Program-made: the position numbers and the translations under genes
Assembly (NCBI GenBank): GCA_002269645.1
Contig: NIVC01000173.1
Location: 372,001 to 436,000, forward strand
Reading direction: 5' to 3'
DNA length: 64,000 nucleotides
Origin: Macrostomum lignano
Lineage: Eukaryota
The notes under the pieces: generated by a model
The model's input: only the letters and a program-made list of their open reading frames with translations
What the model was told of the DNA's origin: nothing
Database searches by the model: none
In this document: piece by piece, positions 47,640 through 59,900 of the stretch
Layout: each line of letters opens with the position of its first letter
How positions within the stretch are numbered: position 1 is the stretch's first letter

Positions 47640-48010
47640 TGAAGGGTGAAGAATGAAAAAAGAATGAAGGGTGAAGATAGGTGAAGGAGTGAAGGTTGAA
47701 GAGTGGAGAAGAAATGAAGGATGGAGAGTGGAAAAAATGAAGGGCAAAGAGTGGAGAAGGAGGAATGAAGGTTGATGGATGGAGCATGAAGGTTGAAGAG
47801 TGGAGGATGAATAAAGGTTGAAGAGCGGAGAAGGAGGAATGAAGGTTGATGGGTGGAGGAATGAAGGTTGATGGGTGGAGGAATGAAGGTTGACGAGTCG
47901 AGGAATGAAGGTTGGCGAGTAGAGGAATGAAGGTTGATGGGTGGAGGAATGAAGGTTGACGAGTCGAGGAATGAAGGTTGGCGAGTAGAGGAATGAAGGT
48001 TGAATAGTGC
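47640..48010 (+). repeat. Degenerate purine-rich ~22-bp repeat (GGAGGAATGAAGGTTGA...)
   Basis: Pyrimidine-rich on the transporter sense strand, filling its last intron. Confidence 0.85.
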
Positions 48011-48158
48011 AGAAGGAAGAATGGGTGAAGTGTGAAGATCGAATGAATGAAGGTTGAAGTTGAAATGGAGCTTAAATTAGCGAGAATAGTGAAGTACAGA
48101 ACAAAGAAAATCTTTGGAAAAGCAGGCAGGAGTAGCAATCAAGAGAGCAGGTCCTCAC

Positions 48159-48660
48159 CCTTCAGCGTCTCAGTCAGCTCATTCGATTGATCTCGTGTGC
48201 CGCGAAGAATGAGCACCGACAAGGCTACCAAAGTATAGGCTAGCAGTGTACCGATTGACATCATGTCCACCAGTTCCTTGAGCTCAAACAGGCAAGCCAT
48301 GATCCCGGCCATGCAGCCAGTGATCAGTGTGGCAATCATTGGCGTTGCTAGGCGAGGCTGCACTTTAGCTAGAAACCGGAATATCAGCCCGTCGGCGGCC
48401 ATGGCGTAGACAATCCGAGGCAGGGGAATCATTGAGCCCAGCAGGCTGGTTGACAGAGCGCAAACCGCTCCTACGGCTATCGCATAGTTGGCCACCTTCC
48501 AGCCGTAAGCGGCAAACGCCGCCGGCAGCGGCGCCAGCGGGTCCAGCGCGAAGTAGGGCAGCATCAGGGTGAGCACGGCGCTCAGACAGAAGTAGACTAC
48601 GAAACAGATGGACAGGCTCAGTATAATGCTGATTGGGATTGCTCGCTGCGGGTTCTTCAC
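48159..48660 (-). CDS. SLC7/CAT transporter exon
   Basis: [12 protein letters not shown]...[20 protein letters not shown]...[14 protein letters not shown]; AG/GT boundaries. Confidence 0.95.
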
Positions 48661-48674
48661 CTGTGTTAATTCAA

Positions 48675-48925
48675 GGGGTTGTAGCCTTGTGATTAGAGTG
48701 TTGGACTCACGAATTGAAGGTCGGGAGTTCGATTCTCGACCCAGTCGGAACAATTTGTGTCCTTGACAAAGAAAATTAACTCTGTATTGCTTCAGTTCTG
48801 GTACAGCTGTAAAATGGGTGCCAGCATTAGCTGGGGTAATTGGGGGTGTGTGGCGACCCCCAGTCCTTGGACTGAACAGCCGTACGCAGCCTTCGGATGA
48901 GTCGCGCAATAGCGGTTGGTCTGCC
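48675..48925 (+). mobile_element. CORE-type SINE, copy 3, in a transporter intron
   Basis: Aligns to copy 1 over the head, CORE and 3' part. Confidence 0.8.
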
Positions 48926-49357
48926 TCTGCCTCTTGCACATTATAAGTGGATTAGAAAATTATTAGTATTGTACGGGCAAGTCAAAACAAGGCTGAGATT
49001 CTGATGGTTTGCAATGCTTTGAGTCACAAAAGAGTTTGGTCTCGTGATCCACGTAAGGTATAGGTAGGGGGAGGGGCGTCTTGGGCGTTTCCGGGAATCC
49101 GGGAATAAAAAATCAAATAAACTGCTGAGACTGAGCTGCTCTTCCTCTTCAAATGATGATGTCGTGTCTTAATTAATTAAAGGCACATGTCAAGCTGCGA
49201 TATTGTGCTGGATGGTTCTTGTTATATTATGTTATTAAGACGTGAAATTTCGAGTTTATGAACCCATTCACAGGATATACACTCAATACTTCCCTGCATC
49301 TTCGTTCTGCATGTAACAAGCTGGATTGACTTTCTAAGACACCCAACGCCAGCTCAC

Positions 49358-49597
49358 CTCCTCCCCGGTCGTGGCGATTGCGTCAAAGCCAATGAACGCG
49401 TAGAAGCAGGTCCCGGCTCCGCTGATGACGCCTTTAAAGCCGAACGGCAAAAAGCCGCCGTCGCCCACAGCCTCGGCCGAGAAGGTCCGATTGGCGAACT
49501 CGATGGTGCCATTGTCACCAGGCTGCGCTTGCCAATTGGCAACGTCTGACAGCCACAGGCCTGACACAAAGACGAGTGACAAAACGACCAGGTTCAC
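49358..49597 (-). CDS. SLC7/CAT transporter exon
   Basis: GGFLPFGFKGVISGAGTCFYAFIGFDAIATTGEE; tttag acceptor and GAG|gtgag donor. Confidence 0.95.
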
Positions 49598-51699
49598 CTA
49601 AAGTAGTAGTAGGGTGAGTTATGATACTGCCGCAATAGCACTGGCGAGATAGGCGGCGATGCAAATGTATAGGGAATGTAGAGATCTCCAGAGGCATTAC
49701 AAGCAGACTACTGTAAGTAGCAACATAAAAATGCGAAAAACTTGAATGTTGTAAAAACTGCAAATTGTCACACTCTATTTTTAAAGACCACGAAAGCAAC
49801 AAATGACCACCTTTTGCAACACTTAAATTTAGAACTCCGAATATGGTTTTGACGCTCAAACCTAATGTATTCCATAGGGGTCAAATTTCCAAAGCGCTAA
49901 ACTGTCACCTACTAAAAATAATCTGTTTTTCAAGAAGGTTTCCTATAAATACAAGCCAAAATCCGAGCTAAAAATCTCAGACTCGGAGCAGCCTCAAAAG
50001 ATCTTGGGACTCGGAGCAGCCTCTAAAGATCTTGGAGCTTGCTGGAACAGCTAAGCGAGGCTACATCTCTGAGAGAGAGAGATAAACCAATTGGTGAGCC
50101 GTTGCTCGAGCCTTTGTTATTGATTTTGAGAGCGATTTATTGCCGGCCGCTACTATCCAGTCGTTTGGACTGAGTTCATTGAATTTGAGGCCTCCCATTT
50201 TCCTAAGGGATTGGATAGGATCGGCGGACCGATTTCGATACCCTTAGAGGATTATCGATTGATTGATTTTGGTTATCCTAGATTAACCGATAGGAGCACA
50301 CGACTCCGATTCCGTTAGATCTAGAAGAAGACGCCCCTCTTGGAGGTCCTCGTGATTATTACAGAAAGTTGATTTTATTACAAGGGCGCATCGTTGATAT
50401 TGATTACTGAGCTTAAGGCCTATATTGATTTGCATTCGAGAAATACTGCGACGTCGCCTGATTTGATCGTCACGCTCTCATTCGGCCGATTCGAGACTTC
50501 AAGAAGATTCCTGCGGAGAAGAAGAAGATTAGAAGAAACGAGCTCGGAGAACCTGCACTACACAGAAGAGGAGCCCGCAAAAGTAAGTGATCACTTTATT
50601 TTGTTCCCAGGCTTAAGTGTCTGGAAGTGGGAGTTTTCGGGAGACTGATCACCTCCCGAATCAACTCTTCAGGAAGAATACACTGCGGAAATATGAGCTC
50701 TATCTCTGTGCATTGGGGACGGCTAAGCACTGCAGAGATAGGGGCGAATAATGATACTGCCGCATTTGCACTGGGGAGATAGGCGGCAAAAAGGATATAG
50801 GAAAAATACACTGCGGAGAGGATCCTATCTCTGTGCATTGGGAACGGCTAAACATTGCAGAGATAAGAGGGGTGGCCAATCTCTGCGGTCTGTGTTCGGG
50901 TGAGGTTATAAAGGTTTACAACTGCACAGAGGACGGCTGGTGTTGCTTACCTGGAAAAGAGGACGGGGGAATACACTAATTACAGCCAGTGGCCTCTATA
51001 ACGGTAAAGTAATTATTACCTGAGCATGGCTGGATGTTCATATACGATATGATAAGGAGAGGGCATGCATGTACAAATATTTACTATATAAGCAGCCACG
51101 CAAAGTACAAATAAACAAATAGACATAAACAATCTGTATAAAAGGATATTTAAAAACTTTACTGCTTCTAAAAACAACTCTTTCTCTTTCAAAATGAAAA
51201 CTTTAAAAGTTGTCATAGAGACCTCTATGAGGTCTGTAAAAGCTGCGAAGTGTGCCTGCTTGGAGGCGTGTCCCCAAGACACCACGAGAATGAGAACTGC
51301 CTGGTCTCATGCTGGTTGGAATGCGACCAGTGCGGCACCGTCGAAGCTCTGCAGGAGGGAAAAATTTCCAGCCTATCAGCGAGGACACAGGATCGTCAGC
51401 GATGACAAGAAAAGGCAAGAAAGCAACCTCTGGAAAGTAATCCGCGCCATCAAGAAGAGCAAAGAGAAGGAAAAGAAAAGCCAGCAGAAAAAGGGAGCCA
51501 GCAGGAGTCTGCTATCAGCTCCCTTGAGTCAAGTCATTGACTCTACATTGAAGAGGACGAGGCCTAGCGGGTCTTCAGTAGCTGCAGAATCTGAAGTTGA
51601 GCTGTCTGCTGGAGTCGAGGCTGCTGCTGTGATAAACTTCATAGAGGAAGATGCCCTGGATCAGTTCCTCAGGGAATTCAACGCTGGTCAGCAGCAGCA

Positions 51700-52482
51700 G
51701 CCAACAGGAATTTGGCCGAGAACATCATCCAAAGCTGCGCAGCCGATGCAGACCTCATCCTCTACACGGATGGGTCCGTCAGCAGCGACGGTAAAGGTGG
51801 GGGCGGAGTCGTAGTGACAGCCAAAGGGATCGACGTCTGGGACACACAAACCCGTATTGAGGTCGACGCCGGCAAACCCTGCAGCTCACTCCAGGCTGAG
51901 CTGCACGCACTGCAAGCAGCCACTGATTGGATCCGTCACCATGGCCGGGGGAAAAACATCTGCATTGCCACGGACAGCCTCGGCAGCCTCCAGCTCCTCC
52001 ACAGCAGAAGAAGTAATCCGATAGCCAACAGAATCACCAACAACCTGCAGACAGCCAGTGCCAGTGAGATCAGCGGCCGGCTCATCATTTGCTGGGTCCC
52101 GGCCCACTGTGGTCTCAGCGGGAACGAAGAGGCCGACACCACGGCCAAGGCCGCAGCCGGCAGACCAGCTGGAGGAACCGGTGTGCTTGCTAACCCGGTT
52201 AAGAGATCCATTTACCGTGACCTGACCAGAACAATTGAATGGAGCCACCAACGCAGCAAAGAGACCTACAGCAAAGGCCCCAAAAGCAACTGGAAGAAGG
52301 ATTATGTGGACCGCAGCGAAGCAGTAAGCTTCAGACGCTTCCGTACCGGCCTGTGCGATCGCCTGTGCGATCTGTGGAATCACCCTGACGCCGCCTACAG
52401 GTTCTGGCACTGGATTAAAGAAAGATGGAAGCGCATGAGTTGAACAGCACACACACACACACACGCAGCAGCAGCAGCAGCC
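51700..52482 (+). mobile_element. 3' fragment of an RNase H-bearing LINE (B0) with (CA)n(GCA)n tail
   Basis: YTDGS, QAELHAL, ATDS, WVPAHCGLSGNEEAD; RFRTG C-terminal motif; stop at 52443; tail at 52445-52482. Confidence 0.85.
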
Positions 52483-55400
52483 TGTCTCTTGGAGACCCAG
52501 GGCCCACCTCCACGAGTTGTCTCTGGATCATTCTAAGGGACCGTACAACCACCGAGACTGCGAGGGAGCTGGAAACAACGCGTCACCTGACAGCGCCACC
52601 GACAACCTTCGAACCGTCATGCACCTCCGCGGAGGAAACGACGACGCCCAAAAAGCGCATCGCCGCCGGAGGCGTGGGAGGTGCCGAGAAGCCACAGCAT
52701 CGCACAGAGCCGAGCCGGGCCCAGAACTCCTGGTGCAGTTTAACTGCAACGGCATTAAAAGCCGCCAAACGGAGTTAGCTCACAGGTTCACTCTCCTACG
52801 CCCTGCCGTGGCCCTCCTTCAGGAAACTAAGCTAAGGCACAACGAAGAGTACAATCCACCAAGAGGGTATGTGGTAGCAGCCAGAGCGGACGGCGCCGCC
52901 CTGGACAGGCCTAAAACCGGCGCCAACGCCACTGACACTGCCGACCAGCCTACTCCACCTCTGCCTGATCCCCCACTGGCACTGCCGGGAAACAGCGCCG
53001 CGTCAAGAACCCACTCTGCCGCCTCAGATACCCCGGCCTCCTGGTGCCCCGGATTCCGCAGCGGCCGCACCGCATGCAGCGTCCGTTTCACGCCATGGCC
53101 CAACTCCCACCAGCCGGCCCAACCCGGAGCGAGCCCTACCAGCACGGCGCCTGATAGTCAGCCCCAACCTATCCAAAAAAACGAAAAAAGAATCACAGGG
53201 CGTGGCGGTGCCCTGGTGCTCGTTCGGGAAGACGTCCAATACGATAGGTCATCGATCAACCGCGAGCACGAACTCCTGGATGTCGCCGCCTGCCGCATCC
53301 GCCTACAAAGACAACAGCCAACCGTGGTGGCCTCCATTTACGCCCCACCCACCAGTTGCCAACGCCCTGACGATACCTGGTAGCCAACCTTTAACAATCT
53401 ACCGGTCACCGGCAGAGCCATTCTCGGGGGTGATTTCAACGCCCACGGCAGCTGGGAACATCACCTCGACGAGGACGCCAGGGGCCAAACGGTTGATGAA
53501 TGGGTTGCTCGCAGCGGTCTGACCATCTGCAACTCAACCAACCACACGAGAACGTGCCCCTTGCCCATCCTCTGCGACATCCCAGCTTCCAACGCCGGAC
53601 AGCCAACCCGCCAGGGACAGAAACGCTGGATCTACAAAAAAGCAAACTGGGCCGTCTTCCGGGATATTTTGACTGCCCGGGCCGACTCCGATCTACAAAC
53701 GGTCGCGCTTAACGATAAGGCTACTCGGCTCTCCGAGGCTATACTCTCAGCCGCGCGACACAGCATCCCGCGCAGCTCAGGAAAGCCAATGCGCCGGCTC
53801 CCTTTCTGGAACGACGCATGCGAGGATGCCACGAAAGCGACCAAAGCCGCTCGCCAGGCCGTCGAAGCAGATCCGACCCCGGAGAATCTTGCCGCAGCCG
53901 CTCGGGCCCGACATAATGCCTTAGACTGCCTCAACAAGGAAAAGAAAGCCTTCCTGCTGGAAAGGGCGGCGCACTTCCACCAAGACTCCGATATCTTTGG
54001 CCTCCTCCGCGCCATGAGAGGCGAAGGGCACAAGACTGCGGACCCCGCAGCGATTACTAGACCCGCCTCTGAAAACGCCTTCGAGCGTACGGCCCGCACT
54101 AACAAAAAAAAGGCAGAGCTTGTCTGCCAGATGTACGCGGAAGTGAGCCGAGTCCCCAGACGCCGCCAGGACACCGCAATCCGCTACGAAGCCAACGAGG
54201 CCACGGCAGTCACAGACGAACCCCCGCTCACGGCCCGGATGCCCTCTTCTCTATCGACGAGCTCCGCTCAGCCGTTCGTCGCCTCAAGTCTTGAAAGTCT
54301 GTGAGGGCCGACGGCGTCTCAAACCAGATGCTGAAACGCCTCCCCGCGGCCGCTGAGAATATTCTCCTCAAACTCATCAACCGCACCTGGACCGAAGGGC
54401 AAACACCGACCAGCTGGCGAAATGGCATCATCATCCCGATCCGAAAAAAGGACAAGAGTACTACGTCGCCGGACAGCTACCGTCCGGTCGTTTTGACCAG
54501 CTGTGTCGCTAAGTGCGCAGAGCGCATGGTGCTTGTCCGCCTTAACCACGATCTGGAGAGCCGCGGCTGCCTCTCACAGGATCAAGCTGGTTTCCGCCGC
54601 GAACGCAGCACCGAGGACCAGCTAGCCAGGGTCTGCCAAGCTATTTTCGACGGCCTGGAAAACCACCCTGCCCTGCGCAGGATCCTGTGCCTCATCGACT
54701 TCAGCCGGGCTTACGACAAAGTTTGGCGCCTGGCGCTCTACGCCAAAATGCGACGCATGGTCATCCCCAGACGTATGACGCGCTGGGTACGCGGCCTCCT
54801 ATCGGACCGCCACTACGTGGCCCGCTGGATAAACGCCAAGAGCCGCGCCAGAAGCTTCCGCGAGGGCCTACCACAGGGAAGCGTGCTGGCGCCCACCCTG
54901 TGGAACATTTACGTCAACGACCTCGCCGAGGCCGTCGCCGCAGCCAGCCTACGAACCGACCTGAGCCTCTACGCGGACGACTCGGCCCTACTTGCAACGG
55001 CCCGCTCCCTGGCTACCTGCGCCGAGGAGCTCCAACCTGCTCTGGACGCAGTGACCAGCTGGTGCAGGACCTGGAAGGTCACCATTAGCAATAGCAAATG
55101 CTGCTATACCACTTTCACTCTGGCCCCAAATGAGAACAACGGAAAGAGCCAGGTGAACCTTTGCATTAATGGAGATAAACTCAATTTTGAGTTCACGCCG
55201 ACCTTTTTGAGGCTCACGTTGGACGGCAGTCTCAGTTTCGCTCAACACGCCGCTAACATTCGACGGAAGATGGCCGCCCAAAAGCGCCCACTTGCTGCCC
55301 TCGCTACCAGAGCAGCCGGCGCGGACAGCAGGATCCTCCGGACAGCGTACATCGCAACAGTCCGCTCAGTGGCTGACTACGCCTGCGGTGTCTGGGGATC

Positions 55401-56969
55401 CTTTGCGGCCCCTAGCACCAAACTCCTAATCGACCGACAACAACACAGCTGCGCCCGTATCATCACCGGGTGCCTACAGCTGACTCATATCCGTGACCTG
55501 CTGGCCGTTGCCAACCTTCCCACCTTTGGCCACCTGATCCTCCAGCGCAGTGCAAGCCTCCGCAAAAGAATTTTGCGCCTGCCAGCCGAGACCCCGGTGC
55601 GTGAGGTCGCCCTGAGAGACACTCAGCCTCGCCTCAAGAACCGTGCCTTTGCGAGTCACCAGAGACAGCAGCGTGACCTCACAGAAATCTGCACCGTCGC
55701 GCCTGACTACCAGCGACAGCGACATTTCCGAGGCTGCTGGCGGCGTGTCAGCCGGGAACTCGATCGCTCTGGAACCCTCGAAAGCCTTCCGAGAGGACCA
55801 GCTGCAACACCAGCCGCCGTGGGAGGCTCGCGGCACCGTCGACTGCGACCTCTCGCTGTCCGAGCAATGCAGCCGCAGACTCCCCCCGGGCCCCCACAAC
55901 CACGCGGCCACCACATACCTGGAGAGGCGCGGTATGCACCCGGTCCAAGCCTGGACTGATGGATCATCAGCCTTCGGCGGCACCTCCAACGGCACCAGTG
56001 CGGCCGTCGTGATCACGCCGGAATGGGGCCGCATCGTCACCAGTGCAGCAGGCGGCATCTGCAGCAGTACACAGGCGGAGCTTCATGCCATCCTCATCGC
56101 CCTACAGGTCATCTCCGGAGAACTCGCGAGCCCCCGGCCATTGACATCCTCACCGACTCGCAGGCAGCCATACTAAGTATTACGAGAGGCCCCAACGGCG
56201 GAGGCAGGACCGTCTCTGACATCTGGCGCATAATTAGCAATGCGAATGCCGACGTCCGCCTCACCTGGATCCCAGCCCACTGTGGGATGCAGCTCAACGA
56301 ACGTGCAGACAAGGCAGCGAAGAACACCGCCACTTGCCAAGCTGACCAGGAAGGGGGGGGGCCGTAGCCCAGCGGTCTAGCGCAGCTGCTCTGGTGTGCC
56401 AGCGACCCAGGCTCGATTCCTAGTGCAGTCACATTAATTTGGGTCTGAATTGGAATCTCGGCTTGGCTCTGCTCGTGCAATTAACGGCCTTGAGAGCCAA
56501 CCCCCCAAGGCGCAGTGAAGTGTACATGCCTAACGATAAAATAAAGTTAGGGCCGCTGTACACTCCTGTGTGAGTGTGTGCCTGCGTACGTATCCGCGCG
56601 CTTGTATGCCTGCTCAGGGGAGTCGGCGGAATGGGCAGTAATGCCTCTCGCCGGTTGTTGCCTATGTCGCTTAAAGTGCGCCAGGGTGCACACAACCCCC
56701 CTGCCTCTAATAAAAAAATAATAAGCTGACCAGGAGGTACCGCTCACGGCTGCAAACGCCTATCTCCACCGACTGAGATCCAACCTCGACCTCGAGTTCT
56801 GGGGCCGGGAAACTCCCTGGCCACAACTGCCAACTCTACCCAGAAGGGCCGAAGTGGCCATTAATCAGCTTCGTGCCGGCTGCAGCCTTCAAGCGGCCGC
56901 CACTCGCCACCGGCTCGGCCTGTCTGACAACCCGCTGTGCCCGGACTGCGGGGACCCGGACACCGAGCA
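52483..56969 (+). mobile_element. Near full-length decayed Ingi/I-like LINE (B1): APE, RT, RNase H, Cys knuckle
   Basis: APE (QFNCNG, LQETK, GDFNAH, DH region); RT (QAGFR, DFSRAYD, LPQGS, YADD); RNH (WTDGS, QAELHA, TDSQ, WIPAH, NERAD); CPDCG knuckle cut at about 56969. Stops, frameshifts and a SINE insertion. Confidence 0.92.
56352..56722 (+). mobile_element. tRNA-derived SINE (about 370 bp) inserted in LINE B1
   Basis: A box TAGCCCAGCGG, B box GGCTCGATTCC, A-rich tail, and a 13-bp TSD AAGCTGACCAGGA (56339-56351, 56723-56735). Confidence 0.9.
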
Positions 56970-59900
56970 GCAAGTAAAACTTGAACTCTTCGATTGCTCG
57001 CTCCACTTGCCCATTCGACTGATGATGACCCGGTGGAGTCAGAACGTGCTGCACAAAGTTCTCTTTGAGGAACGTAGCGAATTCAGCTGAAGTGAAGTTT
57101 GTACCATTATCAGTCACCAGCGTCTTCGGTATACCCATGTACTTGAAAGTATGTCGAAACGCCCGAACCACCGATTGTGACTTAAGTGAATCAACGTGTC
57201 GAACATCCACCCACTTGGAGAACGCGTCTACTAGCACTAGGAACTTGTGTCCTTTGAACATAGCTATGTCTGCGTGGACTCTTTCAAAGAACGTCTGCGC
57301 ATCCTCCCAGGACGATAAATTCGCATTTGTTCTCTTCCTCGCGTGAAGCTGACACTGGGCGCACCTGCGCACGAAGCTGTTAATCTGCGTGTCAATACCT
57401 GGCCACCAGAAATATTGTCGTGCCAAGCGAATCATGCGCACCACTCCTGGATGATTCTCGTGGAGCAGATGTAAAATTTCAGTTCTTAGCCCTTGCGGTG
57501 GTACAATCCGCAATCCTTTGAATACAACAGCATTCTGAATCGTATATTCCAACTTTCCTTTCGAGTACGGCAGCATAGTCTTGGGTAGGTACTCCGGCCA
57601 TCCATTCTGAATATAATGCTTTAGTGTCCGAAGGTTGTGGTCGTTAGACGTAGCAATGCGATGCAATAAATCATCAGAGTTCGCAAAACTGTCCAACGCA
57701 TTGATCGACAATAGGTTCACAAATTCATTGGGCAGTAATTCACCACTCGGAAGTCGCGAAAGCGTATCGGCAGCAAACATTGTACTACCTTTGGCGTATT
57801 CAATGCTGTATTCATATGCTCGCAGAATGAGAGACCAGCGTTGCAATCTGGCTGAAACACGTTCAGACGATTTGCTGTGATTGAAGATGAACTGTAGCGG
57901 TCTGTGATCTGATAAAATAGTGAATCTTCTTCCAGCTAAAAACTGATGGAAATACTTCACTCCTTCCACAATTGCCAATGCTTCTCTTTCAATGTTAGCG
58001 TAATTGCACTCTGCGGGCGTGAGCACTCTGCTTCCGAGCCAGACAATCTGCATCTGTTCTCTGTCATGAGAGAGCACGAATCCTAGTCCCTTTTTAGATG
58101 CATCACAGGTCAAGAATAATGGTTTTGACAGATCGTACGCAGTGATTGCTCCTTGGCGGATGCTTTGCTTTAGTCTCCCGATGGCCTTTGATAGTTCGTT
58201 GTTCCAGTACCAGTGCTGTCCCTTCTTCAGCAACGAGTACAGCGGTCGAGCAATGATGGAGAAGTTTCTGCAGAATAAGCCATAGTGGCGAAGAGTGCAC
58301 AAGACGCTTCTCAATTGGTCTTTGTCAGCGGGTTCTGGCATGTTGTCCCACGACTTTAATCTGGCAGGATCTGGTTCGAGCCTTCCGTTGTGGAGAATGA
58401 AACCAAGAAACTTGACCTTTTGTTGACACTCCTGAGACTTGCGCGTGTTAATCTTGAACCCATGGTCAGCTAAGCGTTGCTTTACCATGTTCAGCACCTG
58501 CATGTGTTGCTGTTGGTCACCGGATGTTCCGATTAATATGTCATCTTGATATGACGCTGTACATTCTATGTCTCTTAGTACGTCGTCCATGACCTCTTGG
58601 AAAATGAGAGGCGCTGCAGAGATTCCGAATTGGAGGTTCCTGAATGCAAAATAACCCATATGAGTCGATATGCAGGTAAGTTCTTGACTCTCCGGAGACA
58701 GTGCAACTTGTAGAAATGCTTCCTCTAAATCCAGGACAGAGTAGAACTTCGCATTGGGAATTTTAGAAAGAATTTCTTCTAACTTCGGAAACTTGTATCG
58801 ATCAGCATCAATTATGCGATTCAGAGTGAGTGAGTAGTCACCGCATAGCCTTATTGGTCTAGCTGAGCCTTGCTGCTTTAAAACCGGAACTATTGGCGCT
58901 GACACTGTTGGATTTTCAACTGGGTAAATTATTCCCGCACTCAGTAGTCTCTTGAGCTCGGTCTCTACCATAGACTTCATTGAAAAAGGCAGAGATCTGG
59001 CAGGGTACCGCATACCTTCCATTTTAGCATCCGAGCGAAGGCGGAAACTCGCAAGAAATCTGTCGTTTGCATCGCGCACAACTGGTAGGCAAAGGACGTC
59101 TTTAGAAATGCTACTATCGAAGTGCAATAAGTTTAGGCGCGATAGGAAATCCATGCCGAGAATGGCCATCGAATCGTTTCCAACATAGACATGTCCAATA
59201 ACGTATCTTCTGTCAGACAGAGTAATGGTTGCATCCGGAATGACTGAATATATGGTGGGCTGAAAGCCACCGTAGGACCTGAGCATTTTCGAAATCGGCT
59301 TGGATGGTAGATTGGAAATATCGGCAACCTTCTTGGGTATAATGGTAACTTGACTCCCAGTATCCACTAGCATCTTAACGCTCGCATCTCCGATCTTGCA
59401 GGTAGCAAACCACTGATCCGTTGGGTCTCCGATGCCAGCTGCTGTGTAGACTGCTCCCACATGCTCATGGCTAGCATCTTCTGATCTTACTACGCTTTGC
59501 ACTGCATTCACAGTCTTCGAACGACAAACTGCTGCAAGATGTCCAACTTTTCCACACTTTCGACATTGCGCGTCCCTAAAGCGGCACTTTGATCTGACGT
59601 GTCCTACCTTTCCGCAGGTGTGGCATTGTCCAGTTTCATGAGGCTTCGAATGTCTCTTGCGATTGTCCGAATTGTAATGCTGTTTATTGTAAGCCGGGGC
59701 CTTCTTCTCTTGCGTAAAAAGTCCCGGTATGGCCTTTGTTCTGCACCGCAGCGATTGCGTTCGACGGATTCGTAGCCACATTAATTGATTCGGCCAGCAA
59801 GCCATCTTGAATTGCAGCGGCCAAAGCGAGATCCTCTTTCGAAAGGAGCTTCTGCTTCAGTGCTTGATTGCGTAGGCCGAATATGAACTGCGACAGAATG

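Noticed and set aside
56836-56969. C-terminal extension of the 989-aa Gypsy pol ORF
   Set aside because: It is read-through into the antisense strand of the adjacent LINE, not a real domain.
59684-59805. Programmed gag-pol frameshift in the second Gypsy
   Set aside because: The shift lies upstream of the nucleocapsid knuckles with no slippery heptamer; Mag-type elements normally have a single ORF. A 1-bp indel is more likely.
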